The notes under the pieces: generated by a model | What the model was told of the DNA's origin: nothing | The model's database searches: none | What the model saw: only the letters and a program-made list of their open reading frames with translations | Shown: positions 24,445-37,423 of the stretch, in pieces | Layout of the letters: every line of letters starts with the position of its first letter | Position numbering within the stretch: the first letter of the stretch is position 1 | Assembly (NCBI GenBank): GCA_050084985.1 | Contig: JBITNC010000001.1 | Location: forward strand, 158,782,001 to 158,846,000 | DNA: 64,000 nucleotides | Origin: Nageia nagi | Lineage: Eukaryota; Plantae; Pinophyta | Reading direction: 5' to 3' | Program-made: the position numbers and the translations under genes

Positions 24445-27400
24445 TATTTATGATGTTAGAGGATTTTTTCTATACATAGAATGGGAAGTTTTTCAAGAGG
24501 GTGGGTTGTGAGATGTGGATTTATTGAAGTTCATTATAATTGATAAGGACATTTCATCATATGTAAGTTGTTACAAATATTTCATTAATAAATGATATCA
24601 TATGGTAAATGTTTGATGATCAAGGTAAATTGAATGTTTATATAGTGAAGAGGTTGTAGATACCAATAATTATATAAGTTACGCATTAGTTTGTATCTAA
24701 TGATGGTTTTGCATTGTTTGATATCTGATTTTATTCTTAAACTTCTTTGGTTATACATTTTCATAGGAGTTGGGAGAAGTGATGATAGATGTGGTAAAGA
24801 AGGGGGTAATTTTTACTTCGGGCTAGCTTTACTATTGAAAACTTGTTTAGAATTATATCAAGTGAGGTAGTATGAAGATTAAGATTAGAAATTAGCATTA
24901 TCTTTCTAATATATATATGTTTGTGAGAGCATATAATAGTAGCATGACCTCATGATCTATCTTATGATGCTTATGGAGAGGATTTAGATGTCCCTTTTGC
25001 ATTATACTAGTTATAGAACAAGGAGGAATTCCAACATAGGAAGTTCAAGTAACACTTTAAAGAATATTAATAACAATAATTAAATACTTTTGATATCCAG
25101 ATTAGATTATATGATATCCATTTAGTGATTTTGTTAGTTGCATGGAGGATGAAGTACAATTATGATGGGCATCATAGGAGAGTTGGTTTATGGTATAAAT
25201 ACCTGAAGAGCTTAATTTTTTTATATAGCCAATTTTTGGAATAGTTTAAAAATCAACATGGAGCACCACAAGTATATATAATTTATAGATGAGCAATAAA
25301 GGATGGAAATCCTTAGGTGTAATATATAGAGATTCAGGAGGAGGATGATTCCTTTATTCAAAGCCTAGGATAAAATGATGAACTATGACTACATTAAAAT
25401 ATGAATACATGGTTCAAGGATTATATAGATACATTAAGTTGCATGACCAACATCAACAACTCTCTTACCAATCTAAATTTTAACAAGCAATATTATTAGA
25501 GCATAAATATGAGAACATTGTTAATTAGAAAATATCTTTGAGATGTAATAGATATTGGTTATAATGAACCAGTTGCATAGAGGACATTAAGAGTAGTTAA
25601 TAGGATAATAAAGAAAAAATTTGAGAAGAACTCATTAACCCTATACCATCATATTCAATCATCCCTAGTAAAAGTTTATTTATATGCATTATTTTTGCAA
25701 CCTCAACCAAGAAGGTTAGAATTCTTTACAAAAGGTTTGCCAGGGTAGTGATCTAATCAAGAGTTGTAAAACCTAAAAAGGAAGATCAAGAAATTAAAAA
25801 TGCAAGATGTTGAAAACATAATTAATGTAATGTTCCCATTTTATGGGTGTTTTTCCCATTTGACCTCTAATAAATGGGAACATTAGCTTAGGTGTGATTT
25901 TAGAATTTTTAGTAGTTTTTGGCCAATTATTGTAATTTCCACTTAGAAACTTATTTAGATGCTCTAATTATGGAAACATGGACCTATTTAATTATTCATT
26001 ATGTATAGTTGAGTTCCTAAATGGCCAATAATGATGTATTGTTGATACCAAGGTAACTATATATTTATAAATGAAATATTAGTCTCCCTAAATGAGGCAT
26101 TGCATATTTCTAGCCTTTATGAATGTAATATTGGTATTTACTTAGCCATCTTGTCATTAGTGATTCCCTCTTCAAGGTATACCACCCTCAATATAATAAC
26201 ATATATTACAAGGTATCTAGAAGAGCCCCAAGCTTGGATGTGGTATTACAAAAGAGAAATCATGCATCCTAAGGCATTGGACAGTCCCTATACTTGTATG
26301 TTGGGTATTATAGTTTATTTTACCCCCACATTGGATAATTGGGCATTACAAAGTCCCACATCATCCCTCCTTGGTATTTATACACTTAGCACTAATCCCA
26401 ACACACATCAATATCACCCCTTCCTTGATGTTGGCATTCTTGGACCTTGGATGTGATATCACCTATCTCAAGGCTCCTAGTCTTAGATGATGTAAACATG
26501 AGCAAACATATCACATCTCTCCATCAATGGATCATTTTAATGAAGATTACAAGAAATAATACATCGCCTATAAAAGGAGTACCCTTAGTCATGGGATATG
26601 CTAAATATTGATTATAAACATCTTTTATTAGATTGAGTGGAGACTCTATCTTTGCCACTTCTAGAGAAACCTGCATTTGAGGTCTTAAGGTGATAGGAGG
26701 CCAACCTCAAGTTTACTCTAGCCACCTTGATAGGAAATTTATTGGTTCCATCATAGAAGTCGCTAAGGAAGTCCTAGACTATACCTTGTCACTGCTATGA
26801 TTGGTGAGGCCCTAGAGCCATCCAAAATAACCATATTGGAGGAAGTACTAGTACAAGCTGCTTAGGTAGACAAAAATATATTGCAATTGTACTATTCTTT
26901 ATTACATCAATATAATTACATTTTGCTATCAATATCTTAGTATTTTTCTCTCTATGCTTGGACATCTGGTTTGGAGTGGTTATTGCATTGTTTGAATACT
27001 ATTTTTGATCCTTAATTGCAATGTTGGATCTGGAGTGATATTTGCATGCATAATTTTGTATTTCATTAAGTATAATTGGATATTGGGTTTATGTGAGAAT
27101 TTTGGTTTGTAATTATTAAAGCTACTATTAGTACCTAGATGTTGGATGCTTGGTGCAATATTGAGCTTATTTGGTAAAAATCTCTCTCCTAGGGCATTTT
27201 TGAGCATGATCAACCAATTTGGGATCATCACAATTAACTATTATGTTATAGTGAGATATGTACTAAATAAAGTAGCCAATCTTGGTAAGAGATTTAACAA
27301 CAAGATGGTTGTAAATAAGATATTTAGTAAAGATTTTCCTACAATAGTATTTGATCACCTTATTGGTTCTCTTGTTTATTGTGAGAAGAGGCTAAATGAA

Positions 27401-27470
27401 AACTTTGCATAGAATGATGAAAAATATTTTGGTTCCAAGAAGGGGAAAATACATGAGTGGTTGGGGAGAA
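24445..27470 (+). mobile_element. Ty1/copia fragment (upstream region plus gag), interrupted by a solo LTR
   Basis: SINMRTLLIRKYL*DVIDIGYNEP...ALYHIQSSL-like and IINYYVIVRYVLNKV...FDHLIGSLVYCEKRL copia-gag-like sequence. Paralog at 44775-46440. Confidence 0.7.
25826..27232. mobile_element. Solo LTR (1407 bp)
   Basis: TGTAATGTTCCC...GGGATCATCACA termini. 5-bp TSD ATTAA (25821-25825, 27233-27237). Empty site in the paralog at ~46153. Confidence 0.85.
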
Positions 27471-28399
27471 ATTAGTTTACTTTTTAGTGGTCACCCTAGT
27501 TTTAAAATTTAAAAGTTGATAATATAAAACATTTTTAATCTTACTCTTTGTTCTTTTCATAATATCTATTCACCATCATGTATAAAGAAGGCATTTAATA
27601 ATACAATATTGATTGGATTACATGTTTCCTAAATATACCTTTTAATTGTTTTCTAATACAAATATCTTTACTACATATTTTATATGGTTTTAATCACTTT
27701 TGAAGATAAATATGTTTTTATCATAAACTAAACTTTTGCTTCAAAAAATGTACACAATCAACCAAATATCTATAGAAATTTAAAAAATCATGATGAATTT
27801 TATTTAGTCAATATTTCTTTGATATATATAAATTCAACACCTCTAAAATAATAAATTGAAATATATCACAAACACAATAGTTAACCCATGATGAAAACAA
27901 AGTTACAATTCATATCTACATCAAAGATACTCTTAAACTCTTTGATTTGATGAAACACTAAGGGACTAATCCTGATATTATAAAATTTTTATTTTTTTTA
28001 CATGTGTACAACCATCAAGTTATATGCATTAGATTTGTATGTACTTTAATAGCATGAGTGACTCTTACCACATTATTCCTAGACTAAATTGTATACATGC
28101 ATTGTTGAATTCTTTAGTTATGCAAGTTATCTTGATCAAATTTTGAACTTCTATGTCAAAATATCTATAACACCTGTCTTGGGTGTATAGATGCATGTGT
28201 TTGCTTATTGTCTATAAAGAACATAAGAGTTAGAATAAAGAAATTTGTGTAAATAATCTATATTTTTATTGGAGCTTCAACATAATCCATATTATATTCT
28301 TCTTTCAAAGATTTATGTTGAAGTCGGTAGTTAGGATGATGTTCAAAAAATAATACCATTGATCAAAGATAAAGGAATCAAGAAGACATTTGGATATAG

Positions 28400-28960
28400 C
28401 TAATTTGAAATTGATAAAAGGGTATAATATTTTCTTATAGCCAAAAAATTACACCTACAAACACATGATATATATGGAAAATTGGAGAACTTGTTGAGTG
28501 ATATGAGGGCAACACTTGGTATATTAGAAATACAATATATATATTGGGTGATAACAAGACTAACAATAAAGAACCATTTCTCTACCAACATAGCATCTTG
28601 TTAAATAATTCATTATTCTCATTTATTATTCTATGTTTTCCATACATATATATATCAATGCACTCCCAAATATAACATTTGATGAAAATCCATATTCAGC
28701 TACTCTTTGATGGATGTTCATACCTTCTTCTACAGCTCCCATGGTGGCACATGCTATAACAATATTGGAAAAAGTTGCATTTTGTTTTTGATCCTAATGA
28801 TTACATTTTCTTAATAATATCCATGATATTCATAGAAAAATCTATTTTTTGCATATTTTGGGATCATTGCATTCCATAAAATTGCATTTTAGTGAGGTAT
28901 GTTATCAAATAATCTATTGATGAAATAAATATACAATTGTTATATACTATACTTTAACTT
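28400..28960 (-). pseudogene. PLS-class PPR pseudogene fragment
   Basis: RLFDNIPH*NAILWNAMIPKYAKN and ATFSNIVIACATMGAVEEGMNIHQRVAEYGFSSNVIFGSALI motifs, with stops and frameshifts. Confidence 0.8.
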
Positions 28961-29229
28961 AAAAGAAAATGCATATTTAACTAGCAATCTATATGGATTC
29001 AAAGAGAGTTAAACATAATAATCATTCATATCACTTCTTCTTTTATGATATAGTCTATTGTTTAGGGTTGGTAGATCATTAATCTACTTATAAAAAAAAT
29101 AATTATTATCAAGAAAATAAGTTCTACTTTGAAAGAATAACACAGTCATTATATTAATTTTACTACTTGATAAAAGTATTCTCTGTTAATATTTAGAATA
29201 TATGGAGGTCCATTATTTTATAATACCTT

Positions 29230-30458
29230 GTTAATCCTCTTACTCATGTGCAATGGATTCATTCCCAATAGTATTTTATAAAATGTAGTATCATAGTGGT
29301 GGTTTTTTTCATGTCACACAAGGGATTGGATATCTTGGGAAGAGTTTCATCATATCTTTCATTTATCTAGTATAAACAAGTTATATGAGATGCGTTGATA
29401 ATATGCATCCCTCATTCGATTTTGTATAAAAGTGGTGTTAGATCTTAACATTCTTAGTGGACTAGGTAGGAATGATATGTTAATAATCCATTTGTCAATT
29501 ACAAGGCCAAGTGTGGGTATATTTGGCTTTCACCATATTTTCTTATGATTCCCCAATTTAATGAGAAATGGGATTTAATACCCACTAGAACTAGATGACA
29601 AGTTAGGTCTTAGATAGTCTAGGCTTCTTACATTGAGACCAAGAAATCCTCTTTCTAATGAAGCCTCTTGTATCAAGGCCATCCTTAGGTGATCAATTGA
29701 AGCATCTAGGTTTTGCTAATCCACTATGTCCATTCTATAATATACCTAAGTTTTATTTCCACTTATTTTGGTGAATGGAGGTGAATTTGCATTATCTTTA
29801 TATTGTTTACACTAGTTACCTTCTCTTAGAAATAGGTATTGTTGGGCGATGTTCTCACCTTCACCCTCCCATTGCATGAAGTGTGTAATATTATTTTTAC
29901 TTAGCATTTTATATTATATATGGAAATCTCATAATATTATCATTTTTTCTTAACAATCTATATCTATTTTTTTCTTTCTAACAAGATGGAAGTGTTTCAT
30001 AATGTATAACTATAAATTTGTATTTGGACAAAAAAAGTGGTGATGGAGTTAGAGCACCTTCGCACTCTACTAGATTATTGGGAAAAAGCCTCATGTGTTG
30101 TGAGTTGAATCTCTTAAGACCATTCATCCTAGGATAATCTAGGTCTCATTCACACCACAACCATTGTTGTGTGTGAGAGATCAGTCCTTTGAGCACCATA
30201 AATTGCAACCGCTACTAATTGGAAAGTCTTGGGATATTGCAAGAAACAACTCTTTCTATGTAGGAGGTTGGGATACATGCAACAAAAATCTTTTAAGCCA
30301 GTGTTAGGTTGCAGTGATAATGATGGTCATGACGATAATGACTTCTAGACAACAAGATGGTTATTTCAATATTGCCAAATACATACTAGAATCTCATGGA
30401 TGATGAGGACCTCCCGCTTACTTGCACATCTCCTAACTTGATCTAAGTTTTAATTAGT
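29230..30458 (+). mobile_element. LINE family X 3' region running into an assembly gap
   Basis: Colinear with 59925-61127. Includes the zf-RVT motif LKHLGFANPLCPFYN. Confidence 0.75.
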
Positions 30459-30558
30459 NNNNNNNNNNNNNNNNNNNNNNNNNNNNNNNNNNNNNNNNNN
30501 NNNNNNNNNNNNNNNNNNNNNNNNNNNNNNNNNNNNNNNNNNNNNNNNNNNNNNNNNN
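30459..30558. other. Scaffold gap (100 N)
   Basis: Run of 100 N. Confidence 1.
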
Positions 30559-30970
30559 TAAATAATTATTTATTCAATGTAAAATTAAAAATATACTATG
30601 TGTATTTTTTTTAATCTTTTTTTATAATTAACATGTAACAAAAATGATATTAAAAGATATATATGGACATATTTTTAATATTTTCAATTTATTATGATTT
30701 TTAAAATTATTGATAATGATTGATATTATCAAGCTAAATAATATCAAATTTTATTTTTAAATTTTATCATGTTTCTTTTTAACCATATTTTATCAATAAT
30801 AATCAAAATACTTTTTTTTTTGGTTTATCAAGATGTGAGAAAAGCATGTGATAAGATTCAATGGTTATTCATCATTTCTATGCTTCGAGCTCTTAGTTTA
30901 GGTCCTTATTTTGTTCATACTATAAGTATTTTTATTTCAAGATGCCTCTTCTTTATTGTCTTTGAATAAT
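30559..30970. repeat. Inverted duplicate of 53648-54062, containing a LINE RT sliver
   Basis: Reverse-complement match by eye. KACDKIQWLFIISMLRALSLGP resembles the L1 RT motif KAYD..EW.F....L...GFGP. Confidence 0.7.
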
Positions 30971-32999
30971 TAAGGAGGTAAACAAAAGCCTCAACTTCCA
31001 TAACATAAAGCGTGGGTTGGTTGGGAAACCCTAATGAATCAAATAGAAAATCCCAATCTAATAAAAAATATAACTTATTCCTAATTTGGGATCATTAATG
31101 CATAACTAAGTAATATATTGAGAGTTTTTATGAAATTGGGAATTTAAATCTAAATCTTGTAGCATGTAAGCTATGAAATTCCATTCTATATGATCATAAG
31201 ACTTTTCAAAGTCAATTTTCATAAATAAAGTATTACTTTGAGAAGATTGAGCCCATTTCATGCCCTCCAAAATTGTAATAACATTATCAAAAATAAATAA
31301 ATTATAAAATAAAATATTTATTTAGGATGCACAATTAAATTGACCCTCCAATTATTATATCCATTTTGATATCCTTTTCATTTAGAATGAATGTAATATT
31401 ACCTTTATTAATAATAGGGCCCTAAAGTTATGTGAAAAAGTGTTTTCTAATAAAACTTTGTACCAAATTAAATCAACCTATCCTAAATTCTTTAGAGAAT
31501 TCATAAGGTAATTATTTCCAGTCTTGGGGACTTATCATTTTTCCATATGAAAAAGAACCTCTGTAAGATCACCCAAAAGGAAAGAGGCTTATCACACCCC
31601 TTTGCTGGAATAATCAAAACCTTATAAGGAATAACAATAATACAAGAGGCTATATCCTCCTCCCTCTTAGGTGTGATAGCTTGTGGAATAAAACATCTTT
31701 ATTGTAGTGTTGTACAAAGCATTTGGTATGTCAGGTATATAATAAAACTTGATCCCTCCATGGATAAATTTGAATTAGGTAGTTTGATGGTGTAGTTTAA
31801 AGTCATTAAAAGAATTTATTAGAGACACTATCACCCACTTTATGCTCTAATAAAAATAAGCTTAAATTTGATCTCCAATAATGTTTTAATTCATGGTAAA
31901 TATGATATGATATTTAAGTGTGGAATTGTGAGGATATTCTTTGAGTCTTATTAAAACTTTGGAAAACTCCCTCATGAAGTTCAAAAATGTCTTATTTTCT
32001 AAAATTTATGATTTTATTGCATAAATTGTATAACAAAATGATGGTACAAATAATAGCATCATTCCACCACTATATGCTACCATTAATACCAAGAGGTCTT
32101 TGGAATAAATTTCAAACTCGATGAATATGTTAAGCCATTAATGGGTGTTTAAAAAGGATTTATTGAGATATAATTAGATTTTGTATTGGAAGGATGGTAG
32201 AGGAATTTAAAAACTACAAAAAACCATAATGGGTGTGTGATTAGAAGTGGTGGTTCCAAGAAAAGACTTTGAAAAAGGATGAAAAAAAAAATCATTCATT
32301 AAAAATAAAAGTATTATTGGTCTAAAGCCATGGCCCCATCAAAGCACTTAAAAATTCTAGCATGGTATGCTTGAAGATAAGACCAAATGAACTAAAATCA
32401 ATGGAAATCTTTGATTGAAGTAAGACCAAGGGGAAATAGAGATCATTGGAAAAAGTTTGAAGGAGAGATTAAGTGTTAGGGTTAATAAACTCAATATTAT
32501 TTTTATTGAAATACTAGGCCCTCATGTTCCTTAATTGAACAACATATTTAGAGTTTTTTTACTTCTCTTGAAGCCCTTTCAATCATATTCAAGTCTTTAC
32601 ACAACACCTAAATTATTAGCAGTAGTGAGAAAGAACACAAATACCACATATTTTTTAATATTATCCAAACTACTTAGTTTTGAGAGTTCCATACCCAAAG
32701 AGACAATATTTGCATGCCACCTTAGTGCTATGAAAATGATAATTTCCCCCCTTTTCTAAGGGAATGATTAATCACATGGAATCACATCAGAGGCACAATA
32801 AAGAACATTGTAATCTGAAATGAAAATTTATATTTTAATCTCTTGAAGGTATAAAAAAAATGGTATTACTAAACTTATGAGAGGAAAAAAAAGCAACCTC
32901 ATTCCAAAACCATGTATTTTTGAATTCGGTCTACCAACCTTATAACATTCCAAGATAGAAAAATCATGTAAATAATCAAGGAGCATATTCCCTATCTTT

Positions 33000-35900
33000 T
33001 TTTTTATTTGGTCTATAAGGTTTGAAAAGATTTTTTAAAATTTTTTTTTTTGATTTAAAAACACTCATAATTTAAATTTTTTCAAAACTTTGTTTGTTGA
33101 TTTTTATCTTATTCTCAATAGAAATTCCAAGGTGGGGGACAGATTTTGGCAAAGGAAAAATTTTTACACCATTTAAATTTTTCTTGCATTAAAAAAAAGC
33201 CAAAAAAATTTAAATTAAGGAGGGCTTTGGTTAGAGGGGGGTGTTATAAAAAAACATGGGGGCCCCAAACAAAAAAAAGGGCCTTGGGGTTTTAAAGCCG
33301 CCACTTCAGCTTGGTTTTGGGTGTTTTCTAGTGAGAAATTTTTTCTATTTTTTTAAGTTTTTTCAGGGTTCATTTTAGTTTAAAAATTTTTATTAAAATA
33401 TTTTTTTTTAAGGATCCCCCAATTTTTTAAATGGTATTTTTGGGGTTTTAATAGGGTCCAAAAATTTCCCTAATTTTTCCAAAAATTTTTTTTTTAAAAA
33501 AATTTTTTTAAAAAACCAAATCCAAATTTTTTAATTTTTTTTTTTTAAAAATGCTTTTTTTTTCAAAAAATTGTAATTTCAAAAAAAAAAATCTTTTAAA
33601 TTTTATGCCAAATATTTACCACTTTGTTTAAAAAGTTTTTAAAAATTTTTTTAGAAAATTAATTTTTTTTTTTTTTTAGTTTTTTAGGAATGTATGTATT
33701 TTTGACAATGATTAAATCTTGATTTTTTATTTTTTTTTAAAGTTATTGAATTTTGGGAATTTTTTTATTAAATTTAACAATGATTTAAATTATGATCCCC
33801 AAATGTTGGCTATTAAGGCCCTTAAAATATTTCTTGAAATTGGGGGGAGTTTTACAAATTTATATAAGTTCAGAAGGTTGATAGAAAAAAAAAAAATTTT
33901 TTTATATAAAAATTTTTAAATTTACTTAGATACATTTTAATGAAGGGGTTTTTTAATGATTTAGACCAAAAAAAATCTAAAATACTGTAATATTAATTAC
34001 TTTTTAAAAAATATATACATATTTTTTAAAAAAATTTTAATAAAAAATAATTAAATATTATTAAGGTTTTTTAATTTTTTTAAAATAAAAAAATTTTTTT
34101 TTTTTTAGAGAGGGCCTTTTTTTTTTCATTTTTTTTTTTTTTTTTTTTAAAACCTTTAAAAACCTTTTTTTTTTCCATCATAAAAAAAATTGGTTTTTTG
34201 TACAAGATAATGCTTTCATCATAAAAAATTTTTCATTTTGAAGGAAAAAAAAAAAATTTTAAAAAATTTAGTTTTTTTTTTTTCTTTTTTTTAGAATGGC
34301 TGAAAACAATTTGGTTAGGTGTTGCAACAGAATGTGCAAACCTTTATTGCTTATAAACTTATTTTAACTTTTTTTTGAAAAGATGAAAAAAAATGTTTAA
34401 TGTAATTCCCCCCAATCTCTTAATAAAAGTTTAAAAAAAAAAAAAAAAATTATACATGAAAAAAAAAAAATTTAGTAGAAATTTTATATCATAAAATTTT
34501 TTTGGGGAGTGATTTTTCAAAAATCACCTTTTTATTCCATCCTTGATGACATTTTTATAGGGGGAAACCATTAAAAAATTTAACAATATAAAAAAAAAAG
34601 TTGATTTATGGAGTGTTTTTAGAGATTCTCAAAAGATATCTTATGATAAAAAAAATTTTACTTCAAATAAATGAAAGGAAAAAAAAAAATTTTTATAATT
34701 CAAAACATAAAATAATTTTGAACCGTATACAAAGGTGTTTTTTTTTTTCATTTAGAAAAATGTACCATTGTAATAAAATCAAATTTACCACATAAATAAA
34801 AATTATTTTAATCTTAATAAAAAAATAAATCAGGGGAAAAAAAGGTATTTAAAATTATTTTTTAATGGATTTTTTGTTGAAGATTACTATTGATAGGAAT
34901 TTTGATTTTATAAAAAAAAAATTTTTTTTTTAAATTGAATCAGAATGACATCCAAAATAAATTCAATAAATTTTAAAAAATAAAAAACATTTAGAATTTT
35001 TTAAAAAAAAAATTTTCATTTGCAAAAATGAATCCTTTAAAAATCCATTCTTTAAATTTTGTGTGTTTTTGGGAATATTTAAAATCTTTTTTTTTTTAAA
35101 AAACCTAAAAAAAAAAAAAATCTAAACAAATACTATCATTTTTAAAAACTTTTTTTTTTTTTCCCCATATATTTATTTTTTTTTCCCCCTTTAAATTATT
35201 TTTTCATAACATTTAAAAACATCTAATAAAACATAGGAGGGGTTTTAGAGTTTTTACCTTTTGAAAGAAAAAAAATAGGGGGGATAATTTCCTAGGCCCA
35301 CTTTTAATTTCCTTTGGGTATTATTTCTCCTTTCCTCTAGTTTCAAGGTACTTTTTGAAGATGGAAAAAAATTAGTTGCAAAAATTTTTTAAAAAAAGGA
35401 AAAAAAAATTCATTCAAGGGGAAGTTAAGGTGAGTATTGGGGTAGTAAATTTTTTTTTAGCTATTTTCGCGCAATTTTTTAAGGAAGAGGGGGAATGGGT
35501 GTGTTTTTTAAAAAAATTTAAAAACCTAGTACCAATTTGTTTTTTTTTTGGCCCCAGCTTAAAACTCTTACTCCTTAAATTCACCTTCATAATTTTTTTT
35601 TTTATTAAAATAAGTAAGATTTTACTTAAACAAAAAACCCCCAATATTTCGGAAATAGTACCATTCATTAAACTTTTTTATGTTTTAAAATATTAAAATC
35701 TTTATTTTGAAAGCAAAAAACAAAAAAAAAACCCCAAAAAAAAAAACCCAAAAACAAATATGAATCTTTAACTTTTTTTTTTAAAATTATTATTTACTTT
35801 TTTTACCCCTTATTTTTTAGGGAAAAAATATGCAAATTAAAATTATATCAAAAAACTGGGGCCCTATCAAAAATTTTGGCTTGGGTTAATTTGAAAACCC

Positions 35901-37087
35901 TTGTTAATCTTGTTTTGATCTAAAAGGGGTTTTCAACAAATTACCAAAATGACATAGCTTGTTCAAAATATTCTGTTTCCACTTTTCTTTTTTTGAAACT
36001 AATCAATTATTTGAGTCCCTCATTGAAATCATCATTGCTCTAATCCCTTGTAATTTCTATAAATTCAAAAAAACACTCTTTTTCTTTTGACCATTGGAAA
36101 ATAAAAAGGGGTTTTTAACTTTAAAAACCCACCCCCAAAAACTCACAAAAAAAAATCCATTTACCAAAAGTTTTGGGGGATCTTTTGAAAGCCATTGGTG
36201 GTTTTTTGATTTATAAAAAAAAAGGTTTTTGGCCAAAAATTTTAATTAATCTAGTTTTCCCACTTTTTAAAAAAGGGGGGGCCACTTTTTTCTCAATATG
36301 CCCCTCCTCCCTAGCCTTAAAGTAGTCTTTTTTTCTTATGGCTTTTGATTCCAAAGAGCCACTACCCTGCTAGGGGAATGAAACGAAGTCCCATGAAGAA
36401 TTATAAGAATCAAACCTTATTAAAAAAAGGAGGGTTTGTTGTCTAAACATTTGGCAAATAAGGGGTGAACAAGGGGGGGGGTTTGCATTCCAATAAGCAC
36501 TTCCAAATTGGAAGCAATAATGTTGCGTGGATTAAGATAGCATACCCTTGAATTTTTACAAAATTTAAGAATCTCAATCACCAAAATTCAAAACCCAAAA
36601 CTCAATTAACCAAAATTTTATTCCAATTTTTTCCCAAACCCCTTTTTTTTTTTTTCATAAAGAAAAATCCAAACTAAAAGTGGGGGAAAAAATCCTTAAA
36701 GCGGGGGGTTTTTAGGGTTAAAAAACCCTTTGCATAGGGGGGGGACGGGGTGGGATTTTTGAATAGGTTTTTTAAAAAAGGGAAAAAAAAGGGGGTTGTG
36801 TAAATTTTTTTTTATTTCTAAAAAAATTATAGGGGAAATTTTGATATTTTTAAAATTTTTAAAAAAGGGATTTTTTAAAATTTTTTTTTCTAACTTTTTT
36901 AAAATTTAAAAAAATTTTAAATTTTTTATTACAAAAATTTAAAATTTTTTTGTATTACCAATTTTAAAAATTTTTAAAAAAAATTTTTTAATTTGAAATT
37001 TTTGGATAAAAAGTTTTTAATTTTTTTAATTTTTTTTAAAAACTTGGATTAAAACAATAAAATTTTAAAAATATTTTTTTTCCCGGG
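33000..37087. other. Low-quality, homopolymer-inflated sequence (unpolished contig end)
   Basis: Progressive increase of long A/T/G/C homopolymers toward the gap at 37088. Confidence 0.8.
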
Positions 37088-37187
37088 NNNNNNNNNNNNN
37101 NNNNNNNNNNNNNNNNNNNNNNNNNNNNNNNNNNNNNNNNNNNNNNNNNNNNNNNNNNNNNNNNNNNNNNNNNNNNNNNNNNNNNNN
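37088..37187. other. Scaffold gap (100 N)
   Basis: Run of 100 N. Confidence 1.
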
Positions 37188-37423
37188 TCAATGTTTTAAT
37201 GCACTTTAAATTATATTATGAGGCATTCATCATTTAACAAAAGATAATTTCTACTATATTCATCCATGTAGTGGCTTATAAATGGTAAGGGACATTCATG
37301 CCATACCTCTAGTATAAATTTCTATGATATTTTGACAAGATTATTACTTGATAAGCATAAGAAAATGAAAATATCAAATTTTATATCTAAGACCAAATTA
37401 TTATCAAGAATATTATTGCTAAC

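Noticed and set aside
33719-35696. Lys/Phe-rich ORFs and a faint PPR-like stretch near 34200-34700
   Set aside because: Lies in homopolymer-corrupted sequence and cannot be supported.
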